A stretch of 64,000 nucleotides of DNA from the human T2T-CHM13v2.0 reference genome, Homo sapiens: NCBI RefSeq assembly GCF_009914755.1, contig NC_060930.1, one strand, 5' to 3'. The notes beneath the pieces were generated by a model. It made no database searches. It saw only the letters and a program-made list of their open reading frames with translations, and was not told the origin of the DNA. Shown piece after piece: positions 1-15,479 of the stretch. Each line of letters begins with the position of its first letter. Position 1 is the first letter of the stretch. A program made the position numbers and the translations under genes.

Positions 1-3000
1 TTTTCTTATATATTTGAGACCATGTTATGCATATATATTTTGGGCATGTGGAACCTTCTTTTATAAACATAATATATCCCTAGGTCATTGAAAGCACTAT
101 GCACACATTATTTTTAGTGACTGGCCTTCGTGTCCTACATCATGATATCCAATAATTTATTTGATTATTCCTCTTCCGCTGGATCTAGGTTCCCAAATGT
201 TTACTCTTATATATAGTATTGATAATCACTTCCAAGCTCTCACTGGAAGTTAGTTGTTTTGGATAGCTAGCTAGAAGTGATGGAAATCAAAGGGAGTCAA
301 GGGTGCAAACATTTAGAGCACCTGCTACATATCACTAAATTGCTTTTGAGAAAGTTTGTATGAATATACACACCTACCCAAAATGAAGGAGGGATGCCTT
401 CTTACCACTCTCTGTTGGCTCTGCTATCATCAATTGTGTTGAAATGTTTATTTCTGATTATTAAAGCAATATTTTTATTGAAAATTTGAAAAATCAGAAG
501 TGCATAGAGAATTTTAAAACACAATAGAAACAACAGTCTTTTAATACTTTTGGGTTTTTTTATTAATTAGAATCATACCTTATGTGTTTATACACACACT
601 ATATATATATATATGCATATATATTTATTTCTTAATTTGGCATCACTTGGTGAAGCATTTTCCACGTCACTAAATATAATTCCCAAACATGGCTTTTAAT
701 GACCCTGTAGTCTTTCATTCCATTGGAGTGCTATTACTTATTTGCTATCCTCTTATTGTTGGGTGTTTGTATTAATTTTTAGTATCAAAAGTAATGCTTA
801 CATTCAAATCATTGTATGCATCATTTGATTCTTCCATATAAGCTCCTAGGCCTGGAGTTACATGGTCAAAAATGAAAATATATTAGAAATTTTCCCCCAG
901 AAAGACTATACTAATTTTTGCTGCTACCCACATTGTGAAAAAGGAATGCTTGTCTACTGTGGCTCCCCCAACACTGTGTATCATCAGTCATTTTTCAATT
1001 TTTTTGATAGTAGAGTAGAGATAGTTTATCAATGATGTTTGCCTTTTTTCATGAGTTTATTATGGATTACAAAGATATGGCTTTTGTTTATGTCTTTTAT
1101 CAATTTATCTGTTGGAGTCTTGTATTCTTCTTAGTTATCTGGCAAAGCCATTTACATCACAAGGGTATTGATGTTATGCCATATTTGGGGTAAATATTGC
1201 CCCCACTTATTTGCGTTGATTTCATAATGGCATTATATAATCTATAAAGTTTTAACATCTTATGTAGTCACATTTATCAATATTTTTCTTTTCTTTAAAT
1301 TTTAGAAAATTCTTTGCCATCTGAAAGTAATGTACATCTACATGTTTATAAACTATAACTCAAGATTTCTTTTAACTGTTTTAAAAGTTATTTATTTCTA
1401 TGTATAGCTAAAGGTAACACCCTAAACTGTCTTTTTTTCCCTAGAAGTAACCAAATTTACTCATGTAGGCCAGGAATTTCTATGACGTGTTCCAAATTCA
1501 GCCTCTCACTGAACACTTCCAGAGCAAGGCAACATAAACAGTAAGTGACCTATTTGAACAGTTCTAATAATGTGGGGTTTTGTTTGGGAATCAGTCAGCA
1601 TATCACAGGCTATACTGCAGTCATCAACAGCTCCCATCTCTTCTACACCTTGTCTGGAGGTGAAACCCCTTATTTCTACCTGTAGCTCATGGGCCAGAGC
1701 TAGTCACATGGCGCTACCTAATTGCAGGGGCCTGGGGAAGGCAGAGAAGCCAATGGAATGGTTTGGGAGCATCACTCTTCTGCTTCCTGCCATTTGCTGT
1801 CTTGTTGGCCCTGAGAACACAGAGTAAGCCTTTTCCATACGTGTTTTCAAATATTCCAGAATAGCAATGATATTGCCTTTCCCCACATATACCTATTGCC
1901 ATGCACACACAAACCCTGAGTCCTTGGTAGTATTCTGATTTTCAGGAATACAAACCCCTATTCTTTTGATTGTTCATTCTTTCTATGATGCAGTTTCTCA
2001 TCTCCTTGCCATCCTGGCGACCCCTTTCTGGATGCTTTGTCATTTATTAATACCCAAAATGTCTTGTGATTAAAACAGAGATGTGTATTCTACTTATTTT
2101 TCCATTTCATTAGCTTTTGGTCTTATGTTCTTGAAGGCAGAGCTTTTATCTTCTTCTCCTTGATAGCCCCTTCCACTACACCTTCCTATCCAGCTAGCAC
2201 AAGGCCTGACTAGTGGCTTCTCAGTTTGCCAAATGAATTGTACACCAGTAGTTTCCATTGACCGGGACTGTGATTCTAACCGACACGAGAACCCGTATCC
2301 TAGAGCCATTACCAAAAAGCAATTCATTCAGCTATTCTAACTGCTTTCTGTTATAATCTGCTCAAGTCATACCATTACACACCATTTCTGTGCTTCAACT
2401 TCTCAGTGCTCACTGCTGCTACATGTTTTCCCATTGGGTATTGGTGAATCACTGGAGTGTGAAAAAGTAGACAACCTAGAAAAACAATGTCGCCAAACTG
2501 ACTGTGATTGTGAAAATCTTGAAGTCTCTGCTGATTTAGAATGAGGAAGAAGAAGGGACATTTTAAGACCTCTTCTCCAACTCCTTGTACTATTTTGAGA
2601 TAGGAAAATTTGCCTTGATCAGTCTTGTATTCCTTGAACAAAAAGCCTTCCTTCTTTGCCACCCTCCCCAGCAGGGAGCTTCATTGTTCCTACAGAGGCA
2701 GATGGTGACGGTGGGGCCAGAGGAGTCTGTAAGGGCCAGACTTTTTCGCAGATGTTTCTGCCAGGAAAATTTGCCCTGGTGACATTTGAGAGTGTTTACA
2801 GGGCAGCATAAAGTTGGCTTCTGTATTACCCAATTATCTGTGCCTTATGTATGTTCCAAACCTATTTAAAATGCTAAGCAGAAATACTTGCATCTTAAAC
2901 CCATGATAAATGCAGTGCTAAAAATCTGTGTGACAGCTGGTCATTACATGTATATTAAATCCTTGTTGGGACCCAGAGACACTGTTTGTTCTAAGAGTTA

Positions 3001-4789
3001 GCCTAGATTCAAGCTTTTATTAGGACACCTAAGTATACTGAAGCTTAAGCTTAAATTTCCCGTTTAACCAACCTAATAGTTTCCAAATACACATTCATCT
3101 ACTCATTATCTTCTAACTTCCTTCATTATCATGACTGAATGCTAGGAGTCTATTTTTCAAAAGAGCGAGACTATCATTATGCCTCCCTTGAAACCAGTGA
3201 AGTTCAGCTCATGTCAAACTGCCATTCATTAAACGCACACTAAATGCATCTTTAAAACCCAGTAGTTCTATGCACTACCCTAAAGGTATTTTCTAACATT
3301 ATTTCCAAAACACTTTTTTGTTCCAAGTAATGTGAGTAGGCCTAGCAATTAACTAATTTCCAGCCAAGCCTGAAATATCAAAGGTTAGTCCTCAGAGATG
3401 GTAGTGTGCGAAAGAATGGGAGCTCTTGTTTGAAAATTCAGCTGTGTTGATTTTACAAGTCAGGACTGGAAAACAGCCAAAAGACTTTATTAACCTTCTT
3501 TTCAATCTTTCCTAAGAATTCTCTCACATCTAGGATGCCAATTACACTCCACAAAGTCACGCTTATTTTGTGGTGCCCTGGGGGTGCCTGCCTGCTGTTA
3601 TCAGTAGAGTTAACTGCAGTGGGTAGAGGTTTGGGACTGAAAGAATCCATTTTAACTCAAGGATAGGGCATCTGTTTCCCCTGGCATCTCAATCAAGTTG
3701 GGGGCTCGTAGGATGCCCCAAAGAAGAGGAAGGACGTTCCAACACACGTTCATTCTTTGAGGCTTGGCTGGTGGCTTGATGCTTACTATAGCCTGGCTCT
3801 GTTGACTATCCTGACCGTCCTTTTAGTTCCTATTACTCTTGACTCAGAGGTTGGAATCTTTATTGCTCTCTCAACTGTACTTTTGCTTCTCCAGTCCTCA
3901 CCTCTGGCCCTTTCTATCCTCAGGCCCTAAGACTCTCTCCCTTGGTCTGCCCCAGCTCTGAGGATGGGGTCTGCAGAGCTGCACTCCCCAGGTTTAAAAA
4001 TGCCTGCTCTCATCACTCAGGAACATTGCAGAGAAAATCCAGATACCCTATGTTTATGGTATGATGTGTCTCATTTTGCCTATACTTCAAGAAGAGGAAC
4101 ATGAACAGTTGAAAGTGCAAAAACTGAAATTTGTTCAGAAATAGATGTTAGTAAACTTTTACGTATAAATTCAAAATATATAAAAATGGTGAAGTATTTT
4201 GTATGGACAGTGACCCCTGCACAGAAACTTTTTTGTAGCAAAGCAATAAGCCCAGATTTCAAATAGAAGAAGCTGGGATGATACACAGACTATAAACCTA
4301 TCAGTCTTTAAAAAGTAACCTATTCCCCCTTCCCCATCAAAAAACATAGTCATGTACATTCATTTCTCTCTAGTAGTATTCATTCTGGTAAAGACTGTGT
4401 TCATGTTGCCATAATTAAAACTCTACAAATTGAGAAACTTTCATAAAAGCCAACTATCAACATGTCTGAAACGTGTAAAATGTTGATATACTTTAAACCC
4501 CTCTTCAGTAGTTGCTAAATACATGTTTCCCCTCCCTTAACATCAAATACACCATTGTATAGCTATGTTTGGAGTTTAGGATTACAAGGCCTGATAGATT
4601 CAAAATACCACAGAAAAACAGCCTACTCTGGTCTGTTCTAAATTCATCAATTATTTTAAAAATAACTATCAACTACATAACTGGAATGCTTTTAAAAAAA
4701 ACTGTATTTATAAAAAAAAGAAATTGTATCAGATTGACTGGTTATTTGGGATACAATACTCTCCACATGGTAGACGATAATAAAAAATG

Positions 4790-5420
4790 GTCCTAAAGCT
4801 CACCTGCTCACGAATTCTGAATAATTTAGGTAGATACTCCCTGCCTCAAGGAAGTGAGACATAACTCTCCACTCTGCAAATGCAGGCTGCTCATTGTATA
4901 GTAATTTCCTTCCAAAGTGTACTAAAGAGAGAAAAGAGTAACTTTACAGTGAGAAACCTACAAACACTGTCAGGCAGGTGGTCAAGGTGAATGCCAACAG
5001 TGATACGTGCCCTTGGTAGGATGTGATGAGAAGGGCACTTCACCTCTGTGGTCTTCCTTCCAAAAACCCATAACCTTAGTCTAACCATGAGAAAAACATC
5101 AGAAAAACCCCAGTTGATGTCCTTTCTACAAAACGCTTGACCACTACTCCTTAAAACTGTCATCAAAAAACAAGGAAACCCTGACAAACTGTTAGAGTCA
5201 AGAGGTACCTAGGACTACATGATAATGAAACATAATATGGTATCTGTGAGAGGACCCCTGTGCACTTTAGTTTAATGTACCAGTGTTGGCTCATTAATTG
5301 TGACAGATGTACCATATAATCGAGATGTTATTAACCGGGTAAACTGTGTGTGGAGGTTACAGGAACTCTCTGCACTGTGAGTTCACAGCAGTTCTAGAAA
5401 TCTAGAACTATTAATAAATA
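4790..5420 (+). mobile_element. L1MC-type LINE 3' end
   Basis: L1MC 3' UTR motifs (agagtaactttacagtgagaaacct, ggcacttcacctctgtggtcttccttccaaaaaccca, ttaattgtgacagatgtacca). Confidence 0.7.
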
Positions 5421-5672
5421 GTCCTAACAAACCATCCAAATGGGCCAAATATGACTTTCTCTACAACCAAGTGTGCCTTTTAACAACTGGCTTCCAGACC
5501 ACCACAGCTGCTGCCTCTGACTCACACCCAGCCACCTGTCTCTAGACCTAATGTGGGACAAAACGTTCCCCACAACACCTTTCGAATTGTTCCACATATC
5601 TGAAGCCAGGTTAGAAATTTCCAGGAGTCATCTGAATGTGCATCTACCCTAGAACAGAGTCCCGTGCGGAGG

Positions 5673-6600
5673 TGTTAGGACATATTTGCCATCCATTGCC
5701 TGCCTAGACATTCCTTCCTACCGTCTGAGTCTCACTGTGGTTTCCTGCTACAGAAGTTGAAAATCCCAGCCCCCAGCCCAGGGCTGTGTCCTCCGCTCCA
5801 CTGTCAGATACACCTGTGCCAAGTGTAGAATAAGGAGACAGGAGGGAGGCACCTGCCCAGCAGCAGCGCTGCGATGAGGCTAGTGGCAGTGTGGGCTAGC
5901 AGGATGGGCCTGTAACGGGGCACCAGCGTCCTCCCTGGACCAATTCTGCAGCAGCCTGTGGGCATTTGTTCCTATCCATGAAGTTCCGAACCTGGTTTTC
6001 TGGCCCTCCTGGCCAGGCTGAAGCCATGCAGTATTCTTTATATCAAATTGTTTATTTTAATATGCATATGAAAGGCTGCACGAATTGTACAAACATAGCC
6101 TAATTTTCACCAAGCAAACAGATCCTTATTAGGACTCATAGCGAGAAACAAGACCCTAGAAACCCCCTTCACACCCTGTATCAGTGCACACTGATCCCAA
6201 AAGGTAATCACTCTTGTGACGTCTCAGAAGATGGCTGTCTCATAATCTAGTTTTGCCTGTTTTGAGATGGAATAGTACAGTATGTACTCTCCAGTGTTGG
6301 GCTTTTTTGTCTCGGTATTTTGTGGTGAGAAGTTTCCTTCTGGTGGTTCGCGTTATTGTAGCTGGTTCATTCTCATTGAGGTGCTGTTTTCCATTAGAGG
6401 AATATACATACCGCAATTCATTTATCCATTCTACCATTGATAAATGTTTGGCTCGGGTCCAGGTGTGACTCCTATGAACAGTGCCGCTGTGAACATTCTT
6501 GTATGTGTCTTTTGGTGCCAGTATTTTAAAAGATAAATTCCCTTTTTACTTAAACATGCCAGAATTCGCTTTTGTTGCTTTTAACTAAGAACTCTTACGC
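5673..6600 (+). mobile_element. Old ERVL LTR (LTR33-like) interrupted by an antisense L1M fragment (~6040-6520)
   Basis: LTR33-like 3' end (ataaattcccttttt...ttgttgctttaactaagaac); L1 insert flanked by cagtatt repeats. Confidence 0.5.
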
Positions 6601-7544
6601 TTGAAGTTGCTATAGCTGTAAAATCTCCAGAGGCTCTGGTCATTTCAAAGCTGAAAGCCAAAGACATTTGGAACAGCAAACGTAGAATTACACGATGATA
6701 GCTATATGTGATGATTCATGGCATGATGCCAGTTCTAAAGTGTTATATATTCTTATGCTTAAGCTTTGATATTTATTTTAAAGATCATTTTGTATCTGCT
6801 TTTGCTTTTTTAATCTTGCAAAGCTATTTAGCCAAAAACAATGCTTCAATCTGACAATGCCAGTTTTTAATGGGATAAAAAAAAAGATGAATAGTATTTC
6901 TTCATCCATCTCTACCCAAGAAACAGTATACGTTCTTGTTATAGTGTGCATAAGAAGATCAACACTGGGCATTTTGCTACATTTTAGATTCATTTTGTTC
7001 AGAGATCTTTAAGGATTAGTAGGTCTGAGTTTTTAAAATATTTTATTTCTTGCAGTGCTTAACACAGCGTCTTATTAATATGGTTAATTAAACTGATATT
7101 TGCATTATAATGACGTAAGCTTGTGAGAGCACTTTTGAATCAAAGTGCAATTAAGTCAATACTATTATTTTCTTAGGCTCAGCTTGAAAGACATTTAAAG
7201 AGGAGTTACAATAGCAGACTGGTTCAGTCACTTATTAGATTGACTGTTGTTTGTACTGAGTCCTTCTCGTGGGGTAGACTAAAATGAATTATTTTAAGGG
7301 CTTAATCCTTTTCCAAGTAATAAGTATTCACATTGTTATAGTCCAGTGATTTATTATTAATGATTTTATAGTGCTTTCAAGTCACCTCTGAATTATTTCT
7401 CCTTCATGTTACTATGGGCAAGGCCCATTCATAACCAGGGTTCTGCAAGGGAATAGGGGAATACTCGTAGTTTATAATTTTTAGCAGGTAGATTCGAATG
7501 CTGTTAATAGCCCTCTATCTTGTATGTTTTATAGTGGAAATAAC

Positions 7545-7790
7545 TTTGGGGTTAAGTATGCATGGGTTCAAATATTGGCTCCACCATTTATTGGGTCTGT
7601 GACTTTGAGTCACGTGGTGACATAGGTAGTGTCCCTAAGCCTCCATTCTGTAAATGAAAATGGGGTCATGGCACTTATTTTGCAGCATATTTGGGAAGCT
7701 TAGGTGAAATAATGCATGTAAAATGCCTACACCGTACTTACTATCAAGTACCTACATGTAAATTTCCTTCCATCTGCATTTCATTTTTAA
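7545..7790 (+). mobile_element. MIR SINE
   Basis: gggttcaaatattggctccaccattta...tctgtaaatg core. Confidence 0.7.
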
Positions 7791-8580
7791 AAATTCTTCT
7801 CTACTTTAGACATGATGCCTAATTCCTAGATGTTTCTTAGTCGATTAGCATACCATGTGATTTCACTTCTGTCTGCACTGGGCAAAGCAAGCCTTTGAAC
7901 ATCATCCACACAACACTTCTAAGGGAACTACCCACTCAGGATCCCTACTGGCTGGGCAGACAGGTGTGGTGCTCCATCATCTCCATCTTCCCCCAACCCC
8001 CCAAGCCATAACCAGCTGGACAGGCATCTGGCCTGAGATAAACAAATCCATAGGCTGGCCAGGGATATATCGTGTTGGAAGTCAAGCTGGGCCAAAACCG
8101 TAACCTCTGTTAGGAGAGCGCGCTGGCAAATGCTGGGCAGCAGCTGAAAGGATGTCTGTCGGGAATGAGAGTTTGGGCCATGCGCTGTGAGACCATAAGG
8201 CTGTGATGAGGTGGAGGAAGCTCACCAGGAGAGACAAGGGAAGGCAGGGATGGCAAGGAGGGGCCGAGCCTTCATGAGGCCAAGCATCAGCCCCTGACCT
8301 GCCTTCTGTCAGGTTCCACTTCCATTCCTCTTGTGTCCTTATGAAAAGCCCTGTTTTTCCTGAGTTGGTTCGAGGATGCTTCTGTTCCTCAAAGCCAAAA
8401 TAGTCGGGACAGAAAACTGCCTTAAATACACATACTAGAATCACAGAATCCTCCAGGAAAACTGTGATTCACTCACATCAAAGTTTCATGGGAAGGAACA
8501 CCTTCAAAACTATTAGTTTTGGAAGGATAATTAAGGACACTACAGCATGAAAAATGAGATGTCGTTGACTGGTTGATTGA

Positions 8581-8942
<362 letters not shown>

Positions 8943-9929
8943 GAGCAGTCATTTAAAGGTTAGGCTTAAAACTATTATAGGATTAGATCTGATCTTGAAA
9001 TGGAAAATAAGGAGTTGGCTTGCCAAAAACACCCCACTGATTCCTGTTCAATGACTTTTAGTGAATCTAAAAATTTCTGTACTTTCCTTCCTGTTTCTCC
9101 TTGTGATCATAGGAAGCTCTCTTCCTACGACCACATTCAAATTCTGGGCTAAAAGATGCTGTATCAGCGGAAGCATGATTTTACATGGCAATGATTCTAA
9201 TATGTTGCTGTCAAAGTCTGTGTCAAGTCCAGATGTTTGAGAGGAAGCTAAAATGACAGCACCAAATAAGAGTATCTTTTGCTCGTGTGTTTGCTAACAG
9301 CACGAATGTGTCAAACTTGAGGAAATGTATCTATAAGGTCCTGCACGATGTTAAAGGAAGCACCTATATATTCTTATCCCAGGAACTCTGTAAGCCACCA
9401 GAATACTTTAACTGATGGCAATGAGTCTCAGTTTGTGCTGAGACAGACATCGTGGCACTGTCTCCTCTCACGGCACTGTGCCTTTTGTACAGCTCTTGGG
9501 AACACACATAGACACTAGAGAGGGCATACAGGAATCTTAGGCTGAGCAGGGCTGAAATCAGGGTATGTTGACATTTCCCATAGGTGCACTCAGAGTTCTA
9601 AGTGCTTTGAACTGTTTTTTTCTGATTTATTTTACTCATTTAGTCTTACCTAGGTATGTTTATTTGTGATTATATGCTTAGCACCTGCTTTGCAAAATCC
9701 AGTAAAGAATTCCCAATTAATATCTGTGGCATTTTTTCTTCTCTTTCATTCGAGCTCCTGAATCTTTTTCCATCTTTTCCATCTGTGTATCCCCAGCAGT
9801 GGGAGCAGTGGCTGGCTCATAAGAGGAACTCAAAATCTGTACTTATTAAATGAATAACTTTGCAGTGTTTTGACCTCCAAAAGGAACTCAGTCCTTTGAG
9901 GTTGATTCTACATAAATGAAGCAGAGAGG

Positions 9930-10285
9930 ATAGAGAAGGTATTGGACTTTACATGTTGACTCTGATATTTATTAGCCGTATCTTAACTAAGGAAGCTAAC
10001 CTCTTGGCCTCGATCCCATCCTATAAAATGGGGATAATATCTAACTGCCTCACAGGTTTCCAACAAGGACTAAACGATGGAGTGTATGTGATGCTCCTGG
10101 CACAGAGTGGTGTTCATGATCATGGCTGTAAGTCTTCTAAGAGTTAAGTGGTTGAGAACGAGGACTTTAGAATAAGACCATGGCCCTAGTCTGCCATTGT
10201 CTTGCTGTGTGATACATGTAAATCACATGGCACTGAGCCTGGCACATAGTGAATGATGGGTAAATTAGTACCATTATTATTAACA
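9930..10285 (+). mobile_element. MIR fragments
   Basis: ctataaaatggggataata core; gcctggcacatagt 3' end. Confidence 0.6.
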
Positions 10286-10506
10286 AAAGTCAATTATCAT
10301 TATGGATATTATTAAGTTACTTCTCTAAAACAACATATAACAATATTCAAATCCATTTAGAAGGAAGAGAAATAAAATTTTAGAAGAACTCAGGATGAGA
10401 AAATTCTGTAACACAGCACCAAATTTAGCTTTGGGTTTCTGGGCAACCATGGCAATAGAAAGAAACACAACAGGTTACATCATGATTATCAGTTATAATT
10501 AGTTCA

Positions 10507-10830
10507 CTAGAGCTGTACCTCCCAGTACAGGAACTGGTGGCCACTGTTGGCTGTTGAGCATTTGAAACGTGGCTCATAGGAATGATGACATGCTGTAAAA
10601 GTAAAATACCCTGAATCTTGAAGATCTACTATGAAAAAATAAAGTATCTCATTAATAAACTTTTATATTGGTTGCACATGGAAATTGTGGTATCTTGGTT
10701 ATTTGGATTAAATAAAATGTATTATTAAAATTACTTTCACTTATTTCTTCTGACTTTTAGTATGGCTATAGAAAATAAAAAATTTCATGTGTGGCTTACA
10801 TTTGTGGCTCACATTATATCTCAGTCAACA
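10507..10830. mobile_element. hAT-Charlie MITE (MER33/MER3-like)
   Basis: ctagagctgt...gagcatttgaaacgtggct...tgtggctcacattatat motifs. Confidence 0.65.
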
Positions 10831-10864
10831 TTAAACTGTCTTTTTAATCTCAGTATTCTAAGTA

Positions 10865-11085
10865 GAATTTATATTATTTATATTTTTATATTAATATAAA
10901 ATATCATAATTATAAAATCATTATATAATTATATATTATAAACATTATAAATATATAATAAAATGTATAATGCATGGTAGAAATATATTAATATATAACA
11001 AATATCTATAATGATTAATAAAATATATTTATAAAATAGAATGTTATATGTTAGTTTATTATTATATACTTTCTATTATTTATAA
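10865..11085. repeat. AT-rich low-complexity tract
   Basis: Almost entirely A/T. Confidence 0.9.
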
Positions 11086-11276
11086 AAGGCTTTGGATGTT
11101 CAAATGGGTAATATCTTCACCTACAATTTTAAAGAAAATTTGATAACTATCTTGGCAGGGAGAGAAGTATTAATACTAATAATCACAATAGCTACCATTT
11201 ATTGAATGCTTCCATATGTGCCAGACACAGTCCTAGTTTCTTTACATATACCAGTCATTTAAAAACTCATAAGTGG

Positions 11277-11925
<649 letters not shown>

Positions 11926-12420
11926 AGTGGTATGATTATTCTTACATTAAACCAAAACCCTTCATAACTGGCATAAGATACAAAAATATCTTCTTCTACC
12001 TCTTTGGTATCATTCACAGCATTGACAAAGATGCAGTAAGTGGGTGTTCCATCTACTGCTCAATAAGTGGGTGTTGGTCAGTAGAATACCTCCTCTTTCC
12101 CTATGTCCCTCAGCTCAGTAATAGCAAGATATTTAAAGATCTATGAAATTAGGGAATACATTGTCACCTGGAATTTTGTTGTGATTTGCAGTCTGCAAGA
12201 AGAACATTTTGTGAGAAATATCAAGTGAGAGTGGAAGAGTCTGCGGAGGGCCTCCCTGGGGCTCACCTGTGCTTTTGCCTGAGCTTCACCGTGTCAAGGT
12301 AAACTGAGTCAGAAAACCATGTGGGCAAAAAGCATCTCCAGTTTTTTTTTAAAGCTCAAGTACTGTGAAGAAATATGTTACAGCTTGTTTTGAAGGAGTC
12401 CATAAAAAAAGTCTCAAAGA

Positions 12421-12763
<343 letters not shown>

Positions 12764-13001
12764 TTAAAGGTGTAAAAGACAGCAAATGAATCTGGTCTGC
12801 TTGTCCCCAGCCCTATACACTCAACTGAGACCAACAGAAAGAAACCATGCAATTTAGGAAGATACATTTTAAAGTTTAACTGCAAGCCAAAAATATAAAA
12901 ATGAGTCCTGCTCTAATTGTGAATTGCAAGTAGAGCCAAGAAAACCTGTATCTAGTTTAGAAGTCAAGACCTCTGGAGATGGGGAAAGCTTAGAAGTCAC
13001 T

Positions 13002-13357
13002 TGTATTAGCCTGTTCTCACACTGCTAGTAAAGACATACCCAAGACTGGGTAATTTATAAAGGAAAGAGGTTTAATAGACTCACAGTTCCATATGACTGG
13101 GGAAGCTTCACAATCATGGCAGAAGGCAAAGGAAAAGCAAAGGCACGTATTAAATGGCAGCAGGCAAGAGAGCTTGTGCAGGGGAACTCTCATTTATAAA
13201 ACCATCAGCTCTCGTGAGACTTATTCGTTACCACAAGAACAACATGGGGGAAAGTGCCCCCATGATTCAATTATCTCCACCTGGCTCTGCCCTTAACACA
13301 TGGGGATTATTACAATTCCAGGTGAGATTTGGGTGGCGACACAGCCAAACCATATCG
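13002..13357 (-). mobile_element. THE1-family MaLR solo LTR
   Basis: tgtattag...gactgggtaatttataaaggaaagagg...acacagccaaaccatatc. Confidence 0.9.
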
Positions 13358-14283
13358 CCATTCAAAAGAGAGTTGCAGAGGTGGGTGTAGCTTTGGAAAA
13401 TAGGTCTAATGAGCAAAGAATATGGTAGTTTATGTTATTTTTCTGAGGAAAAGCGAGGAAGTTAGTCGTGATTTAAAATACATGGACATTATTGTACTAG
13501 TGTACAGCAGGATTCCATCTGTACTAATGCTGGACAGAATGAATGGTCTTAATTGATCTTAAATGTGGATTTAGGTTTAAAGCTAAAAGAATTTCAAGTC
13601 TGAATTGTAAACCACTGGTCTGGGCTAGCAGTGGAAGGTGAATATCTTTCTTCCTGGAAGTCATTCCATCCACTAAGCTCTTAGCTACCTGTGACAGTTT
13701 GAAGGTGTTCCATTAGATGAAACTGAGTCCTTGGCCATGCTCATTGGAAGGCAGCACACTACACATAGCGGTCCTCTCTAAAAACAGTGACCTTGACCTG
13801 CACAAACCATTTTGACAACAGCTGTCCTAAATTTAGGGTGCTTCATCTGTGTCTTATTAGTTCTCAAAACACACAGGGAGGTAGGAGGGATGCAGTTACT
13901 CATTCTTTTACAGGACTGAGTTTGAGAAAATGAAATATAGAGCTTCAGGAATTGGCCCTCATTTGCATAAGTGGATCCAGGGTCACAAAGAAAATGCTTT
14001 CTGTAAAATATAAAGCTGTTCCTTAAGGCTGTGAGACAATTTGCAGGAAAAACTTTTGAATGTTACGCTTTCTGAATTGCAGCAAATACATTTTAATTCA
14101 AAACTCCTTGCACGTGACCAGTATAAAATACCCATGACTGAGGCAATGTTTCACATTTCCACAGGGTCATTCTTCAGTAGTTGATGAAGGCACAAAAATG
14201 CACTATGTTGGATCATTAGATCTGTGGAGCCCACAGAGCCCTCCACACCTTGCCACAAATCAGAATACAAATTTGTCTGATCA

Positions 14284-14577
14284 GCTAGGCATGGCTCATG
14301 CCTGGAATCCCAGCACTTTGGAAGGCTGAGGCAGGAGGATTGCTTGAGTCCAGGAGTTCAAGACCAGCCTGGGCAACGTAGTGGTACCTCCTCTCTACAA
14401 AAAATAAACATTAGCCAGGAATGGTGGTGCGTGCCTATAGTCCCAGCTACTCGAGAGGCTGAAGTGAGAGGCTCTCTTAAGCATGGGAGATCGAGGCTGC
14501 AGTGAGCCGTGATCACACCACTACACTCCAGCCTAGGCAACAGAGCAAGACCCTGTCTCAAAAAACAACAACAACAA
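14284..14577 (+). mobile_element. AluJ
   Basis: Dimer with (CAA)n tail; diverged TSD ACAAATT..TCTGATCA. Confidence 0.92.
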
Positions 14578-14977
14578 ATTCTTCTGATCACATTGGCAAG
14601 ATTCTGCAGCTTAAAAGTTGCATGGTTTATTCATTTCAATGAACTACAATTTTTGTTCCAATACAAACATCTCAGTAAAGCCACTGATGATCAGAACCTA
14701 AAACTACAGCTAACTGAAACCTGACTCCAATGTTGGTGGTTTTTAACAGCTGCGTATGTGGAAGCTGTGTAGCAAGTAGAAACTCATTTGCAGCAGACAC
14801 AAAGGGCTGCTACTGCCATGGCCATGACTCATCTCGATTCATAAATGTAGACGTGGCTCTTAGGCACTTTAGATTGAGATACAAGTTGATTTTTTAAAAA
14901 TATTTATGTCGAGCTAAGGTAAAAACATTTTTAGCATCAGAGCATAAAACAAATAACAATTTAAGATAAGCATGAGG

Positions 14978-15479
<502 letters not shown>

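Noticed and set aside
2668-2680. CTCF-like CCAGCAGGGAGCT
   Set aside because: Mismatch in the core; cannot be supported without motif scoring or ChIP data
5390-5409. Perfect inverted repeat AGTTCTAGA-AA-TCTAGAACT, heat-shock-element-like
   Set aside because: Short, inside an L1MC 3' end, and nGAAn phasing is broken
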